DNA from: a virus
Lineage: Duplodnaviria > Caudoviricetes
Length of the DNA stretch: 64,000 nt
Strand: one strand, 5' to 3'
Virus record (IMG/VR): IMGVR_UViG_3300010338_000470
Made by a program: the position numbers and the translations under genes. Under the pieces are notes generated by a model. The model was given only the letters and a program-made list of their open reading frames with translations, ran no database searches and was not told the origin of the DNA. Position 1 is the first letter of the stretch. Every line of letters begins with the position of its first letter. This document shows, one piece after another, positions 1 through 9,985 of this stretch.

Positions 1-90
1 TCTTGGTTTTCGGGCCTTACGGGGGTTTTGGGTCTTGGTTTTCGGGCCTTACGGGGGTTTTGGGTCTTGGTTTTCGGGCCTTGGTTTTCG
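1..90. repeat. 32-bp tandem repeat (TCTTGGTTTTCGGGCCTTACGGGGGTTTTGGG), about 2.5 copies plus a partial sub-unit; cut by the window edge
   Basis: Identical units at 1-32 and 33-64, a partial unit from 65, and CTTGGTTTTCG again at about 80-90. Confidence 0.9.
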
Positions 91-223
91 AGTCTCACGT
101 ATCCCTCCAATATGTAGAAGACCTAGAAGGTTGAGATCCTCTCGTTTGCCTGCTGGAATCCCTTCCCCTCCCCCCTAACCCCCCTCCGGGGGGAACGAAG
201 AACACCCTGCTACCCTCAAACAC

Positions 224-412
224 GTGAACAACATGACTGTCGGGGAAGTAAGAGCGCTCCTTGAACAAGATCGTCTTGAAATCCTTTCCTCTGAAGGAAC
301 CTGGCATCGCGTCAACCCCCTCTCCCCTTTCGCTGTCGACCTGTGCAAACATCAACGCACAACACTCTTTCGACACATAGCCCCCACCTACACCATCAGA
401 GAAACCACATGA
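224..412 (+). CDS. hypothetical protein (leaderless)
   Basis: TGCTACCCT lies 7 nt before the GTG; ATGA overlap with the next gene. Confidence 0.6.
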   Translation: MNNMTVGEVRALLEQDRLEILSSEGTWHRVNPLSPFAVDLCKHQRTTLFRHIAPTYTIRETT

Positions 413-678
413 GACAAGAAGAAATCCTTGTGGATTCCATGCTCAACATGTTCGTAGCTTTGGAACTCGCCACGATACGCATTGGAGACAACCCACAGGT
501 AGCCCCCGCCCTGTACGAAAAAATCTCACTAGCCTCAATGAAACTCCAAGAAGCCCTCACGCTTCTACACTCAACACCCCTACGCGACCCCTACGCCATG
601 CAACTCGACTGGATCATCTGGAAAGCTCAACAACTCCAGGACACCTATCATCTCCCCGATGAAAGCTTCCAACTATGA
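409..678 (+). CDS. hypothetical protein
   Basis: ORF MRQEEILV...; coupled to its neighbours by ATGA overlaps. Confidence 0.6.
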   Translation: MRQEEILVDSMLNMFVALELATIRIGDNPQVAPALYEKISLASMKLQEALTLLHSTPLRDPYAMQLDWIIWKAQQLQDTYHLPDESFQL

Positions 679-813
679 CCCCTCTGCAAGCAGCGCATAT
701 CCTCGACAATCTCGTCACCATCATCGACAGAAACGAAACCCCACCCAAAAGCCTAACCCCAATCCTGTTAGGGATACGAGAACTGCTACTCGAAATCAAC
801 AAGGAGCAAACCA

Positions 814-1155
814 GTGATTGAAACAACACGTGAACAACTAGAAGAACTCCTAGACCCCCTGTGGTCAGAACACCCGGTGTGGCGTTCCATCGACACAGGC
901 GACGGGTGGAACGACCTCATCCGAGACCTCGCAACAGAACTCTCCGCCCTCCCCATCTCCTGGGAGATCGTGCAAATCAAAGAGAAGTTCGGGGGGCTCC
1001 GCTTCTACATCAACTCCGACGACTGGGAAATCACCAACCCCATCCTTCGCAAATACGAGATGCTTTCCTTTCAAACCTGCGAAGTGTGCGGAGAACCAGG
1101 AACCCCCACCGACACCTACTGGATCAGAACCCTCTGCCCCGCCCACACCAGCTAA
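814..1155 (+). CDS. conserved phage hypothetical protein (QIKEKFGGLRFY motif, C-terminal CxxC)
   Basis: Motifs DGW...QIKEKFGGLRFY...TCEVCG...TLC; AAGGAG RBS. Confidence 0.8.
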   Translation: MIETTREQLEELLDPLWSEHPVWRSIDTGDGWNDLIRDLATELSALPISWEIVQIKEKFGGLRFYINSDDWEITNPILRKYEMLSFQTCEVCGEPGTPTDTYWIRTLCPAHTS

Positions 1156-1164
1156 CCTGCCACC

Positions 1165-1359
1165 ATGAGCAAACGTGTCTACGGTAAAAACCAAAAGGGT
1201 CTACCAGTCGAATACGTCATCCAGGAATCCTGGGTGGTGAGAAAAACGATCCCCCTCGACTCCACAACCCCACCGATGATCTTCCGCTCCGAAGAAGAAG
1301 CAATCCTCATGGCTTCCCTAGGCTTGAGTGACGTGGAAGTACACGACTTTGACGAATGA
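1165..1359 (+). CDS. hypothetical protein (leaderless)
   Basis: TAACCT-6 nt-ATG. Confidence 0.6.
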   Translation: MSKRVYGKNQKGLPVEYVIQESWVVRKTIPLDSTTPPMIFRSEEEAILMASLGLSDVEVHDFDE

Positions 1360-1633
1360 CCTGGCCGACGCCCTCGCTGAACTCCTCGCCCCCACATTCC
1401 ACTGGGGGGCTGAACGTCTAGAAACCTGGGCGACAGACCTGCAATCCCTACAAGAAGGGAAAGTAAGGGAACTAGTGTTGGATTCCCCTCCCGGAAACCT
1501 GTTCCGACTAAAACTCGACCCCCCCGTCGTTCTCTACAGGCCCTTCACAGTCTCCTGTTTGGAAGCCAACGAACAGTTGGCAGCGGAACTCACAGCTGCT
1601 GTTGTTGAAATCTTCGCCACCTCTGAGTGTTAA
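1328..1633 (+). CDS. hypothetical protein
   Basis: ORF track; codon bias matches neighbours; start uncertain. Confidence 0.5.
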   Translation: MTWKYTTLTNDLADALAELLAPTFHWGAERLETWATDLQSLQEGKVRELVLDSPPGNLFRLKLDPPVVLYRPFTVSCLEANEQLAAELTAAVVEIFATSEC

Positions 1634-2041
1634 GCCAGCTTTCCAATAAACCTTAGGTTGAGTTGGGGGTTGTCAACTTTTGTATATACAGGTATTTGTG
1701 TTGTGTAAAGGGGGGGTTTCTGGGTTGTATTAGCTGAAAGGGGTCTCCGTGGCCCCCATTTCCTCCCTCTTCCTGAGGATTTTCTCAGTTCCTAGCCTTC
1801 GATCTGACGTAATGCTGGGGAGGGGTGCCCTCCCCTTCGGGTCGTAATACATGAGCTTTGGGGCGTATTACGCCAATCTGGAGCCTTCTTGGGTCGCTCC
1901 CCATGCACCAAACTACACCACAACCCCCCAGGAGCCCCCAGGAGACGAGCTAACAGCCCTCAGGTACACATGGGGCGCCCCCCTCAAGTTGAAGGCTTAC
2001 ACGCAAACCTACGAGGAGCACTCATCGTGTACACTTCCGAC

Positions 2042-2473
2042 ATGGCCGTCACCGACAACATGATGAAAAGATGCCCCCTCAGCAGATGGGCAGGCGACAC
2101 CAGTCGATGCAGATGGTGCAACAAAGAACTCACCGGAAGGCAACGACGTTGGTGTTCCGTGTTCTGCGGAGACGAAGCCTTCACAGAACACAACTTCAGT
2201 TGGGCGAAGATACGGGTACTCTCCAGAGACTCCAAGACGTGTGTGAAGTGTTCACGCAAAGAAGGCAAGAGTCTCAGCGGCCCCCCCGTGAAGATCGAAG
2301 TCAACCACAAGAAAGCCGCACTCGGAACGCACAACAAAGCTTCCTGCGCCCACCACACAAGCAACCTGGAATGCCTCTGTAGGGAATGCCACCTAGAAGT
2401 GACGGCAGCACAGAGGAAGGCTGGGCTTTTCGATCGCAAATTCAAAGGTGGCAAGCTTCGCCCCCTGAGCTAA
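2042..2473 (+). CDS. HNH endonuclease with N-terminal Zn finger
   Basis: CRWC..WCSVFC, CVKC, IEVNH...NLECLCRECH; TACACT-6 nt-ATG at 2042. Confidence 0.8.
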   Translation: MAVTDNMMKRCPLSRWAGDTSRCRWCNKELTGRQRRWCSVFCGDEAFTEHNFSWAKIRVLSRDSKTCVKCSRKEGKSLSGPPVKIEVNHKKAALGTHNKASCAHHTSNLECLCRECHLEVTAAQRKAGLFDRKFKGGKLRPLS

Positions 2474-2482
2474 CATTCAACC

Positions 2483-2911
2483 GTGAAGAACCTCAAGCAT
2501 CAAGTTCACCAACTGACAGCCATCGGAGTCATCCTCTTTGAGTTCATAGAAGGAACAGAGGGGCGGGCTGCCGACACCTGCAATCAGTTGACGCTGGTAA
2601 CCGAAAGCATCTCCGAGGTCATCAAGGCCATCGTCACCAATGCCTTCCTCTCCGACGGAACCATCATCCCCGTGCCGCGACTAGAGCTTGACTCCTCCTA
2701 CAATCCCGACACCGAACTGGAAGACCTTCGGAAGCTCGAAGAAGCTGCTGCTAGCGTGGCATACCAGCTACCGTGGCCATTCAGTGAGCAGGTAGAACAA
2801 ATCGCCCTCGACTTGAGCTGGGCGCGAATCTCACTGATGGAATGGTACAGGCCCACTATTCAAGAACCTGGAGAGAAGCTTTCCCCATGGCAACTACTGG
2901 AACCTCAGTGA
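2483..2911 (+). CDS. hypothetical protein
   Basis: TAACAT-6 nt-GTG; 142-aa ORF. Confidence 0.65.
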   Translation: MKNLKHQVHQLTAIGVILFEFIEGTEGRAADTCNQLTLVTESISEVIKAIVTNAFLSDGTIIPVPRLELDSSYNPDTELEDLRKLEEAAASVAYQLPWPFSEQVEQIALDLSWARISLMEWYRPTIQEPGEKLSPWQLLEPQ

Positions 2912-3375
2912 CTCAACCCGTCGAACAGCGTCTACTGTTGCAAACGCTGTTCGCTGGAGAAGTAGGCTCCAAGGCCTACTCCGAGCTGGGAAACCTGCTC
3001 GGCTTTGGGGCCGAAGACCTCAAGTCGAACCTCTCTCAACTAGTCGACCTCGTTTGTGCAGACATCGCCATCTCCATGTACGAGAAGACGCGTCAAATCG
3101 CCACGAAGTCCGAACTTCTAGAGGAAGTGGAATTGCCCACCACCCTAGACCTCTCCACCATGAGCGACGTACTCATCTACATGGAATCCTATGTAGATGA
3201 CGTCAAGAAGGCAGCTGTGCTGGATCCTTTGACCGACAAGGCCTCAGTCGTTGAAATAGGCAGGCGAGCACAGCACATTGTTGACCACTTGCGATACATT
3301 GAATCCTTCCTGGTGCTTGAACTGTCTGGATTCAGACAATTCCAGGCTCCTGCCCCCCTCAAGGAGCGAAGATGA
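2908..3375 (+). CDS. hypothetical protein
   Basis: GTGA overlap with the upstream gene. Confidence 0.6.
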   Translation: MTQPVEQRLLLQTLFAGEVGSKAYSELGNLLGFGAEDLKSNLSQLVDLVCADIAISMYEKTRQIATKSELLEEVELPTTLDLSTMSDVLIYMESYVDDVKKAAVLDPLTDKASVVEIGRRAQHIVDHLRYIESFLVLELSGFRQFQAPAPLKERR

Positions 3376-3602
3376 GGAACCCCCAACCCGCTGGCCAACA
3401 CGCTCTCAGTATCTCTGAAGAAGAGGATCGCAACCTCACCCCACAGCAAGTGTTGCGAAAGCTTCGACTAGATGACGGGTGCTGCACCAAAGGTGACAGA
3501 AACAGGATTCTGAACGGCCCCCTGGATGATCTGATGAAGGTCGCTGCTGAAGCCGCAGCCCTTCAGGCCTTCTCTGAGCCAAGAGAAAGTTCGACAGACT
3601 AA
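3372..3602 (+). CDS. hypothetical protein
   Basis: AAGGAG RBS; ATGA overlap. Confidence 0.6.
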   Translation: MRNPQPAGQHALSISEEEDRNLTPQQVLRKLRLDDGCCTKGDRNRILNGPLDDLMKVAAEAAALQAFSEPRESSTD

Positions 3603-3611
3603 ACTGTTCAA

Positions 3612-3887
3612 GTGCCTTCTCTTGACATCATCCTAACAATCCAAGCTGTGTTGATCTGGATGATCGTGCTCGCGGCAACAGCCCCCATCCCTAAGCTCAA
3701 CAACACTTGGGGGTGGATCATTGGAATCGGTGCCTTCGTTGCTGGGATCCTCGAAGTCGGAGTCTTTGAACACGCTGGGTTCCTTTTGACGGCAGCTATA
3801 GCTGGTTACGCTATGGGCTGCGTGTTGTACAATCACTCAAGGAAGAGGATTGCCCGACGAGAACAAAGGATCCTAAGTGGAAAGTGA
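3612..3887 (+). CDS. small membrane protein (about 3 TM)
   Basis: Hydrophobic segments and basic C-tail; TAAACT-6 nt-GTG. Confidence 0.65.
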   Translation: MPSLDIILTIQAVLIWMIVLAATAPIPKLNNTWGWIIGIGAFVAGILEVGVFEHAGFLLTAAIAGYAMGCVLYNHSRKRIARREQRILSGK

Positions 3888-4188
3888 TCCACTCCACACA
3901 CAAGAAGCTATAGAGAAAGCCATACGCAAAGCCCTTGAGAGAAACACTCGGAGCAGCGTTATGTACCTGTTCAGGGAACGCCTGATAAGGGAAGTCATTG
4001 AGACCGCTGCACCCCTGCTCCTCGACCCGTACATTCAGAGGATCAACGAACTAGAGGATCAACTTGCTGAGGCTAAGGGGGCCATCCCGCCAGCTCACAT
4101 TCCTCCCCCCGCTAATCGCAAACTCGACAACCTCAAAGGTGCTTTGGGTGGAGTGATCGAAGCGATAGACGAAGACCCGCTGGCCTGA
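3877..4188 (+). CDS. hypothetical protein
   Basis: ORF overlapping the upstream stop. Confidence 0.55.
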   Translation: MESDPLHTQEAIEKAIRKALERNTRSSVMYLFRERLIREVIETAAPLLLDPYIQRINELEDQLAEAKGAIPPAHIPPPANRKLDNLKGALGGVIEAIDEDPLA

Positions 4189-4190
4189 AG

Positions 4191-4364
4191 CTACCTTCTG
4201 CGGTTGGCCCGCCTAGAAGCCTTCGCTGTCTTCCTGGCCTTCTTGGCCTTCTTGGCAATCCTCTCCTCACGGGAACGGAAACTGTTGAGATCGCGACGTA
4301 AACGCTCATTGGGTGTCTCGGCAACGGGCGTCACTCTCGTTGAGGTGTAGATAGGTTCTTCCAT
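4191..4364 (-). CDS. small basic protein (MEEPIYTS...KKAKKARKTAKASRRANRRR)
   Basis: 57-aa ORF read manually; below the ORF-track cutoff. Confidence 0.55.
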   Translation of the reverse strand: MEEPIYTSTRVTPVAETPNERLRRDLNSFRSREERIAKKAKKARKTAKASRRANRRR

Positions 4365-4366
4365 CG

Positions 4367-4693
4367 TTAGTTGAAGGCTTCTGGAGTCAGCTCTGCTGCC
4401 TTGATGCCAAAAAGCCCGCCCTCGTGAGTCGCACGAGCCAACTCTCCTGTTTCAAGGTTGATGCACAGCCAAGGGGAAACATTCGACCCCCCACTGAGAG
4501 CGTTTGTGGAGGCCATCAATTCCTTCCAGATCAGAGAAGGAACATCCACATCCCCATCTCTACGGAAGGCAGCCACAGCGATAGCCTTCATGATGTGAAG
4601 AGCCAGGATGTCTGCTGCGGTCAGCGTCGAGGGATCAGTGGAATCACCTTCGCCAACTCCACTGTAGAAGCCTCTTGGATCAATGACAGACAT
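4367..4693 (-). CDS. hypothetical protein
   Basis: ORF track frame; start uncertain. Confidence 0.5.
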   Translation of the reverse strand: MSVIDPRGFYSGVGEGDSTDPSTLTAADILALHIMKAIAVAAFRRDGDVDVPSLIWKELMASTNALSGGSNVSPWLCINLETGELARATHEGGLFGIKAAELTPEAFN

Positions 4694-4950
4694 GCGTTGA
4701 TTGCTTTCTGGTTGGGGAGCTGCTGTTTCCTTCGCAGTTCCCGGTCGTAGTTGCGAACGATGGCCACACATCGTCTACAGAAAACCTCTGGAACCCCGAT
4801 AGATTCAACAACTCTTGTTCCACAGAAGGCTACATCACTCACTCTTCGCGCTGTCTCTGGAGCCCAATCATCAATGATGTGAGAGACATCCCCATTCTTT
4901 GAAAATCCGACCCTAGCCTTGGTGGTTGTGTCGTTTTCCAGTAGAGCCAT
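4621..4950 (-). CDS. hypothetical protein
   Basis: TATGAT-6 nt-ATG. Confidence 0.6.
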   Translation of the reverse strand: MALLENDTTTKARVGFSKNGDVSHIIDDWAPETARRVSDVAFCGTRVVESIGVPEVFCRRCVAIVRNYDRELRRKQQLPNQKAINACLSLIQEASTVELAKVIPLIPRR

Positions 4951-4957
4951 GATGACA

Positions 4958-5497
4958 TCATACCCCCGGCCGAGACACCGATTCCTCGTAGGCTAGAACA
5001 GCAATTTCAAGCTGATCCAACCCATCCTGCCATTCGTCAACATCGCAGTCGTGGGGGAGCCCCATCAACTCCATAGCGCATGTCACGACCCCCATTGCTA
5101 GCTCCAAGTTGCCTCCCCCTTTGGTGGGATCTTCAGCTACTTGCTCCTGGCACATGCGCTTGACTGCCAGAAGTCTGGCGTTGACGTGCTTTCGGAAAAC
5201 GCTGACACGAGACTTCCACAAATTGTGAGAATCCTGAATGCCCTGAAGGCTGGATTGATCGTCTGCCTCCATGGCCTCTTTGAGAGCATACCTGAACTCT
5301 TGTTCGTTCTCATCTCTCTGAGAGTCAACATTGTCAACAACAGCTTGCAGCGCATCCCTCCAAGCGAAGACGTTTGAACTCAAACGAGCGCACTCGTCGG
5401 GGGTGGCCTCGCCTCTGACCTCAGCGACAGAGATGTCGTACAAATCCTGATCTACCATTGGGTTCCTTTGGTTTAATGTCAGGAGTATTGTACCCAA
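4958..5497 (-). CDS. hypothetical helical protein
   Basis: 179-aa ORF; real start may be the downstream MVDQ. Confidence 0.65.
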   Translation of the reverse strand: MGTILLTLNQRNPMVDQDLYDISVAEVRGEATPDECARLSSNVFAWRDALQAVVDNVDSQRDENEQEFRYALKEAMEADDQSSLQGIQDSHNLWKSRVSVFRKHVNARLLAVKRMCQEQVAEDPTKGGGNLELAMGVVTCAMELMGLPHDCDVDEWQDGLDQLEIAVLAYEESVSRPGV

Positions 5498-5932
5498 CAG
5501 GGGGAGGTTAGACGTTCGCCCTACGCAACTTCGAGCTAGTCGAATTGAGAGCCTTCCTAGCCGCCCAAGCTGAAGAGTTGTCCCCGTATGCGGCTATGGC
5601 CTTTAGGGCGTCTCTGCATTCCTCTAGTGCCAGTTCTACTTGGCGGGAACGTGGATCGTCGGAGGTCTTGCGCTTAGCCATAGCTGCTCCTTGTTGTGGC
5701 CCATCGGGGCTGGGATTCCCCTATTCTGCCACGCTAGCCTTGAGGGCTGCAGACCCAAATTTCTGTCTCCGGGTACTCCATTTTGTGGCATCCAACGTGC
5801 CGGTTCCGAAACACGCATTGGGCGTTCGGATCCCAATCTCTGCCATCTAGGATGAATCGACATCTTGGCCAAGAACCGAACGCTACCGTGGTGCTGGAAG
5901 GCTGGAAGCACTTAGGGCAGAGATCGTTCAAT

Positions 5933-6325
5933 TCACTTCCTATCCTTGCAGCAACAGCAGTCGCATTGGCATGGCTTGCCTCGTTCGGCTTCCTTAGCTC
6001 TTTCCAGCTGCCATTCCCGCATGGCGTTTGAGTATTCCCGCATCTCTTGACGGTGTTTGGCTGCAGCCTGACCATACAGCCTCTTGCCTGCCTCAGCGGG
6101 CGTTTCCTTGCGTCTAGTTGAGACCATCCCGTAGAATTTGACATCTTCGACGTCAACCCCTTGACTTTTGGCGAACTCAGAAACTAGGCCCTCAAGGCTC
6201 CTGAAATAAAGCCCTCGATATCCGATACCTTCAGTGATCTCCAGGGTGAGCTTCCTTGCCTTGACGGCCTTCTCGTCGCACTGTTTACGAGTCAGCCTAA
6301 CTGGCTTCTTGGGCTTCGTGGTCAT
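5933..6325 (-). CDS. hypothetical basic protein with Cys-rich C-terminus
   Basis: ORF directly downstream of thyX; ends CQCDCCCCK. Confidence 0.65.
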   Translation of the reverse strand: MTTKPKKPVRLTRKQCDEKAVKARKLTLEITEGIGYRGLYFRSLEGLVSEFAKSQGVDVEDVKFYGMVSTRRKETPAEAGKRLYGQAAAKHRQEMREYSNAMREWQLERAKEAERGKPCQCDCCCCKDRK

Positions 6326-6327
6326 CG

Positions 6328-7728
6328 CTATCGCTCCGTTGACAGACGAGAATTGTTGAAAGCATGGCGCAACTGAAGATACTTGAGGAAGTTCCCGATA
6401 ACAGGAACCTCCACCCGATCCACCGATCCGTCACCCCTCTCGCTGGTGTAGACAGCGAAGTTCTCAGGGTAAGGGGTGGCTACGTGCTCCATGGGGCTGT
6501 GATGGGGAGGGTTGGCTCCCGCCAGCCTCTCGAAGAGATTCAAATCCTCATTGAGATCCCTAACCCCCTCTTGCGTGAGGTAGGAAACCCTGGCGCATCT
6601 GGCAGCAGAAACCTTCTTGCGTACCTCTAGGTCGAGTGTCTCTTCGTCTGGCTGGATGTACGGAGTGTGCCACTCTCCTTCATGTAGCTCCATTGGGGTG
6701 GAGCTTTCTCGGGCTTCCCGAATGAGTTCTGCTACCACTCTGATCTCTGGCTGAGCGAGGGGGGAGCACCTTTGGGAGAAGAAGTTGTTCCACTCCGTTG
6801 AGGAGATGATGACAGTGTGCCACATCCAAGGTTCAAGAATTCTGTTGGCCACCTGCTTGTGAACCCCCAATTCCTCTGAGAGCCGCCTAGATTCCTCCAC
6901 AGCGGCATCCTTGACCTTGATCCAAGCGTACCTGGCCGCTGCCAACTCCTGTCCACTCAGGGCCTCTGAGGCCTGCATGCCGGGCTTGTTGACACCGAAC
7001 TCAACTGGCATAGCTGTATCCGTTTGAACCCTAGCGAGCTGCTTCTTGACGGGGATAGCTCTAGAGCTAGCGGAATTGCGTGAATTGTGCACCACGAACC
7101 CGTTCGCTACAAAGTTGGGGTAGTCGCCCTCCACCGAAAGGTCAAACGTATGCTCTAGCCCGTGAGCCTCGATGGAGTCGATCGATTTGAAGTCGTAGTC
7201 GACAAACCTGTTTAGCTCCGGGTTTCCTCGGAGCGCCACGACCACCTTACTTCCAGCCGTCAGATCGCCAAGTCGTCGCCACCCGTCAGGGGTAAGGAAC
7301 AAGTGATCGATGGATGTTCGAATCGACCTACTTCCCACCTTGACGGTGAAGGTTTCCTTTTCCCCAGAGTAGATCACGTCTGTGATGCGCGTCAGGGATG
7401 GTTCTAGGTCTTCTTCTGAGACCTGTCGAATGGCGATGGATGCCAATCTGTCTCGCATTGATTGATGATTGGCCGTCGGAGCCAGGCTCTCGGCCCAGAC
7501 TGCTCCGTTGTGCCACTTGTCGTAGAGGTACGACAGCTGATACTTTCTGGAAGTGCCATTAGGTGCTTCGGCCCACACCTCAGACTCCCCAGACAAACAG
7601 AAAACTCTGTGGGTGTTCAATTCCGCCAAGACAAATCGATGCATAGTGGCTTGAACCGTTGTCAAGCGAACCCCTGTGGTGGGGTCGATGCTATCCCTGA
7701 CGACGTGAGCTTCGGGTGTTGTCTTCAA
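6328..7728 (-). CDS. thyX: flavin-dependent thymidylate synthase ThyX/Thy1 with intein
   Basis: ELNTHRVF|SRNSASSRAIP, HKQVANRILEP, SAARCARVSY, HHSPMEH. Confidence 0.92.
   Translation of the reverse strand: MKTTPEAHVVRDSIDPTTGVRLTTVQATMHRFVLAELNTHRVFCLSGESEVWAEAPNGTSRKYQLSYLYDKWHNGAVWAESLAPTANHQSMRDRLASIAIRQVSEEDLEPSLTRITDVIYSGEKETFTVKVGSRSIRTSIDHLFLTPDGWRRLGDLTAGSKVVVALRGNPELNRFVDYDFKSIDSIEAHGLEHTFDLSVEGDYPNFVANGFVVHNSRNSASSRAIPVKKQLARVQTDTAMPVEFGVNKPGMQASEALSGQELAAARYAWIKVKDAAVEESRRLSEELGVHKQVANRILEPWMWHTVIISSTEWNNFFSQRCSPLAQPEIRVVAELIREARESSTPMELHEGEWHTPYIQPDEETLDLEVRKKVSAARCARVSYLTQEGVRDLNEDLNLFERLAGANPPHHSPMEHVATPYPENFAVYTSERGDGSVDRVEVPVIGNFLKYLQLRHAFNNSRLSTER
7084..7599 (-). mobile_element. 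mini-intein in ThyX (172 aa, no homing endonuclease)
   Basis: CLSGES...TSIDHLFLTPDGW...TFDLSV...FVVHN|S. Confidence 0.92.
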
Positions 7729-7737
7729 TTTGTTCTC

Positions 7738-9717
7738 CTAAAGGTAAAGGCCTATTGATTGTGACTTCGACGTCAAGCTGCCTGAAAACTCCTCCCCCAT
7801 GGCGAAGAGTTCCGCCAGCATCTTTTCCTCTCTGACTGGGTAGCCCAACCACTCAGAAGCTTCACTCGCTGGAAACGGAGAAAACTCCACATCTGCCAAA
7901 CATCTTCCAGGTCGCTGCAATGCCGGATGAAGCTCCTTGATGGGTTCATTGGTGGTTATGAGCACCATCACCTTGAGCCCCTGACCCAGAAGACCATCCG
8001 TCACGTTCAGCAGTCGACCGAAAGCCTGACCAGACTTGGCGTCAGCGTCAGAGCGAACAAATCGAGTCGCATCCTCCACGACGATGAGCCTCCATCGTTC
8101 CGCTGCCTCCTCTAGAGCATCCTCCACGGCCACCTTGGAGTCCATCGGATCCAGGGCGCTCAATTCATTGAAGTTCACTGAATGAGGAACGTAGGTCAAG
8201 GTTTGAATCAGGTAGTTTGGGTCACCAAAAAAGTTCTCAGGATCTACGATGTAATCAACATCGCACCACGGCTCCCACTCCTTCAATAGCGCCTGGATCG
8301 CATTGGTGTTGTGAGTCACGACATAGTCATCAATCACGAAAAGTTCATCAGGGGCATCCACTTTAATGCATCGAGTCTCCCCATGGCCAACTTCTTCTAT
8401 TGAACTAATGGCACGAAACGGTGCCCTCGTTAACGTTCCAAGAGAACGGCCTCTCTCCGAGAAGTAAGGGTTGAAAGCAAGTTCAATAACCACCCCGTAG
8501 GCAGTAGGGGTGGGCTCCTGATTCACCTCAACGACAAGTGAGGCCACCCCCCCTAAAGATCTAACCAAAGAGATGACATCCTCAGCCACCTCCAAGGAAC
8601 TTGTCTCAAAGAGAGGCAGCCCTTCATCTGTCTTAGCTGGGCGACCATCGAGCAACCCCGCCAGGAGAGCCTTTCTTTGGGCCTCATCCGAAATCAAAAG
8701 GTGCTCAAAGGATGAGTTTTCGGTGAACTGCAAACCAACCTGATATGGAATCTCCCGAAGAGGGACCCCCCCGTATTGAACTGGGAATGGAAGTGGCACA
8801 AACCAACGGAACTCCCCGTCTTCAACTAATGACCCGCTAGCATCTGCGCCTGAAGCCAACTCCTCTGTCGACATGACGCTAAGGTTCTCCGTTGTCGCTA
8901 CGGGGTCAGCTTCCCGAACACCCCATAGGTGATCCCCATCACAGATTGTTTCAGCCCCATCGCTGAACACGACTCGATAAAGGGGCTGGATCCCCCTGTC
9001 GAAAATCTCGGTTACTTCAACCGGGTCGCCATCACTTCCGACAACAAAGTCTCCAACTTCAAGCTCGCCCATGGTACGCCAACCATCGGGAGTGCAAATT
9101 CTTGCTTCCAAGGGCAATCCCTTACCCCCTCCTGGAGGCCCATGCCACAGGATCAGCTTCCCACCAGAATCTGGGGCTGAACGCCCCATCAGGTCCTCCA
9201 GGGATCCCCTAATGGATTTCGGGTAGTTCATGGAGATGTCATCCCAAGTGTTGAACTCCACTTCGCGGCTAGTCGGAATCGGTCCGTAGCTCCCGGCTGT
9301 CCAAAACCTTACCAGAACCTTATCTTCCTCGATCGTTTCCTTCCCTTCTTCTGGGAAGATTTCCGCCAAACGGGGAAGCACCCTAGCCTGAATGTCTTCC
9401 ATCTCTCCGCTAACCCAGAACTGGAAGTTCGTAGAATTGGTTAGTCTGACAGCAAAGACTCCAACAACAGCCTGAACACCATCATTTGATGGCATCTTGA
9501 AGACTCCACCGAATCCATGCCCCTTCTCTGAAGCTGCCATCGTAGGGTTCATCTCCATAATGGCCCTTGTGGCTTCAGTGTGAGAGAGAGTCGACTGATA
9601 GCTGACCCTGAGAAAATCCCTGGAGAACTCCTCCAGAGATGACGTCATGAACTCGTGAGAGACGAGACTCACTGGCGTCATCTGGTCGACAGAAAATGGA
9701 ACTTCGGAGACCTGCAT
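7738..9717 (-). CDS. AAA-family ATPase with intein in the Walker A motif
   Basis: LILWHGPPGGGK|T, LIVVED, LLNVTDGLLGQG, ITTN, ALQRPGRC. Confidence 0.88.
   Translation of the reverse strand: MQVSEVPFSVDQMTPVSLVSHEFMTSSLEEFSRDFLRVSYQSTLSHTEATRAIMEMNPTMAASEKGHGFGGVFKMPSNDGVQAVVGVFAVRLTNSTNFQFWVSGEMEDIQARVLPRLAEIFPEEGKETIEEDKVLVRFWTAGSYGPIPTSREVEFNTWDDISMNYPKSIRGSLEDLMGRSAPDSGGKLILWHGPPGGGKGLPLEARICTPDGWRTMGELEVGDFVVGSDGDPVEVTEIFDRGIQPLYRVVFSDGAETICDGDHLWGVREADPVATTENLSVMSTEELASGADASGSLVEDGEFRWFVPLPFPVQYGGVPLREIPYQVGLQFTENSSFEHLLISDEAQRKALLAGLLDGRPAKTDEGLPLFETSSLEVAEDVISLVRSLGGVASLVVEVNQEPTPTAYGVVIELAFNPYFSERGRSLGTLTRAPFRAISSIEEVGHGETRCIKVDAPDELFVIDDYVVTHNTNAIQALLKEWEPWCDVDYIVDPENFFGDPNYLIQTLTYVPHSVNFNELSALDPMDSKVAVEDALEEAAERWRLIVVEDATRFVRSDADAKSGQAFGRLLNVTDGLLGQGLKVMVLITTNEPIKELHPALQRPGRCLADVEFSPFPASEASEWLGYPVREEKMLAELFAMGEEFSGSLTSKSQSIGLYL
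8308..9120 (-). mobile_element. intein (271 aa) starting with Gly; class 3-type W/C/T signature; degenerate LAGLIDADG
   Basis: GLPLEARIC...CDGDHLW...LLAGLLDG...TRCIKV...VVTHN|T. Confidence 0.85.
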
Positions 9718-9742
9718 GACAGAAACTATATCGGGCTCTTCT

Positions 9743-9985
9743 TCAGCTGAGAGAAATCAAAGCTTCCTCTATGAGCTTCAAAGCCTCAGCGGCAGCCATC
9801 TCAGACTCCGAACGCTCAAGCTCCTCACGTTGAGACTCGAAGGCCACCCAAGCATCCATCAACAACCGAATCTTGCTACTCACATCAACGCCAGATTTGG
9901 CGCAAGCAGCGCGCCAAGAAGCCAGCTGGTCTGGCTGCACCCGAATAGACATGTGGGGGGTGCTGCTCACAACTCTGGCCTCCAC
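9743..9985 (-). CDS. small ribbon-helix-helix-like protein
   Basis: MSIRVQPDQLASWRAAC..DVSSKIRLLM pattern. Confidence 0.5.
   Translation of the reverse strand: MEARVVSSTPHMSIRVQPDQLASWRAACAKSGVDVSSKIRLLMDAWVAFESQREELERSESEMAAAEALKLIEEALISLS

Noticed and set aside
1-90. Possible CRISPR array
   Set aside because: Repeats are head-to-tail with no spacers, and no cas genes are in the window
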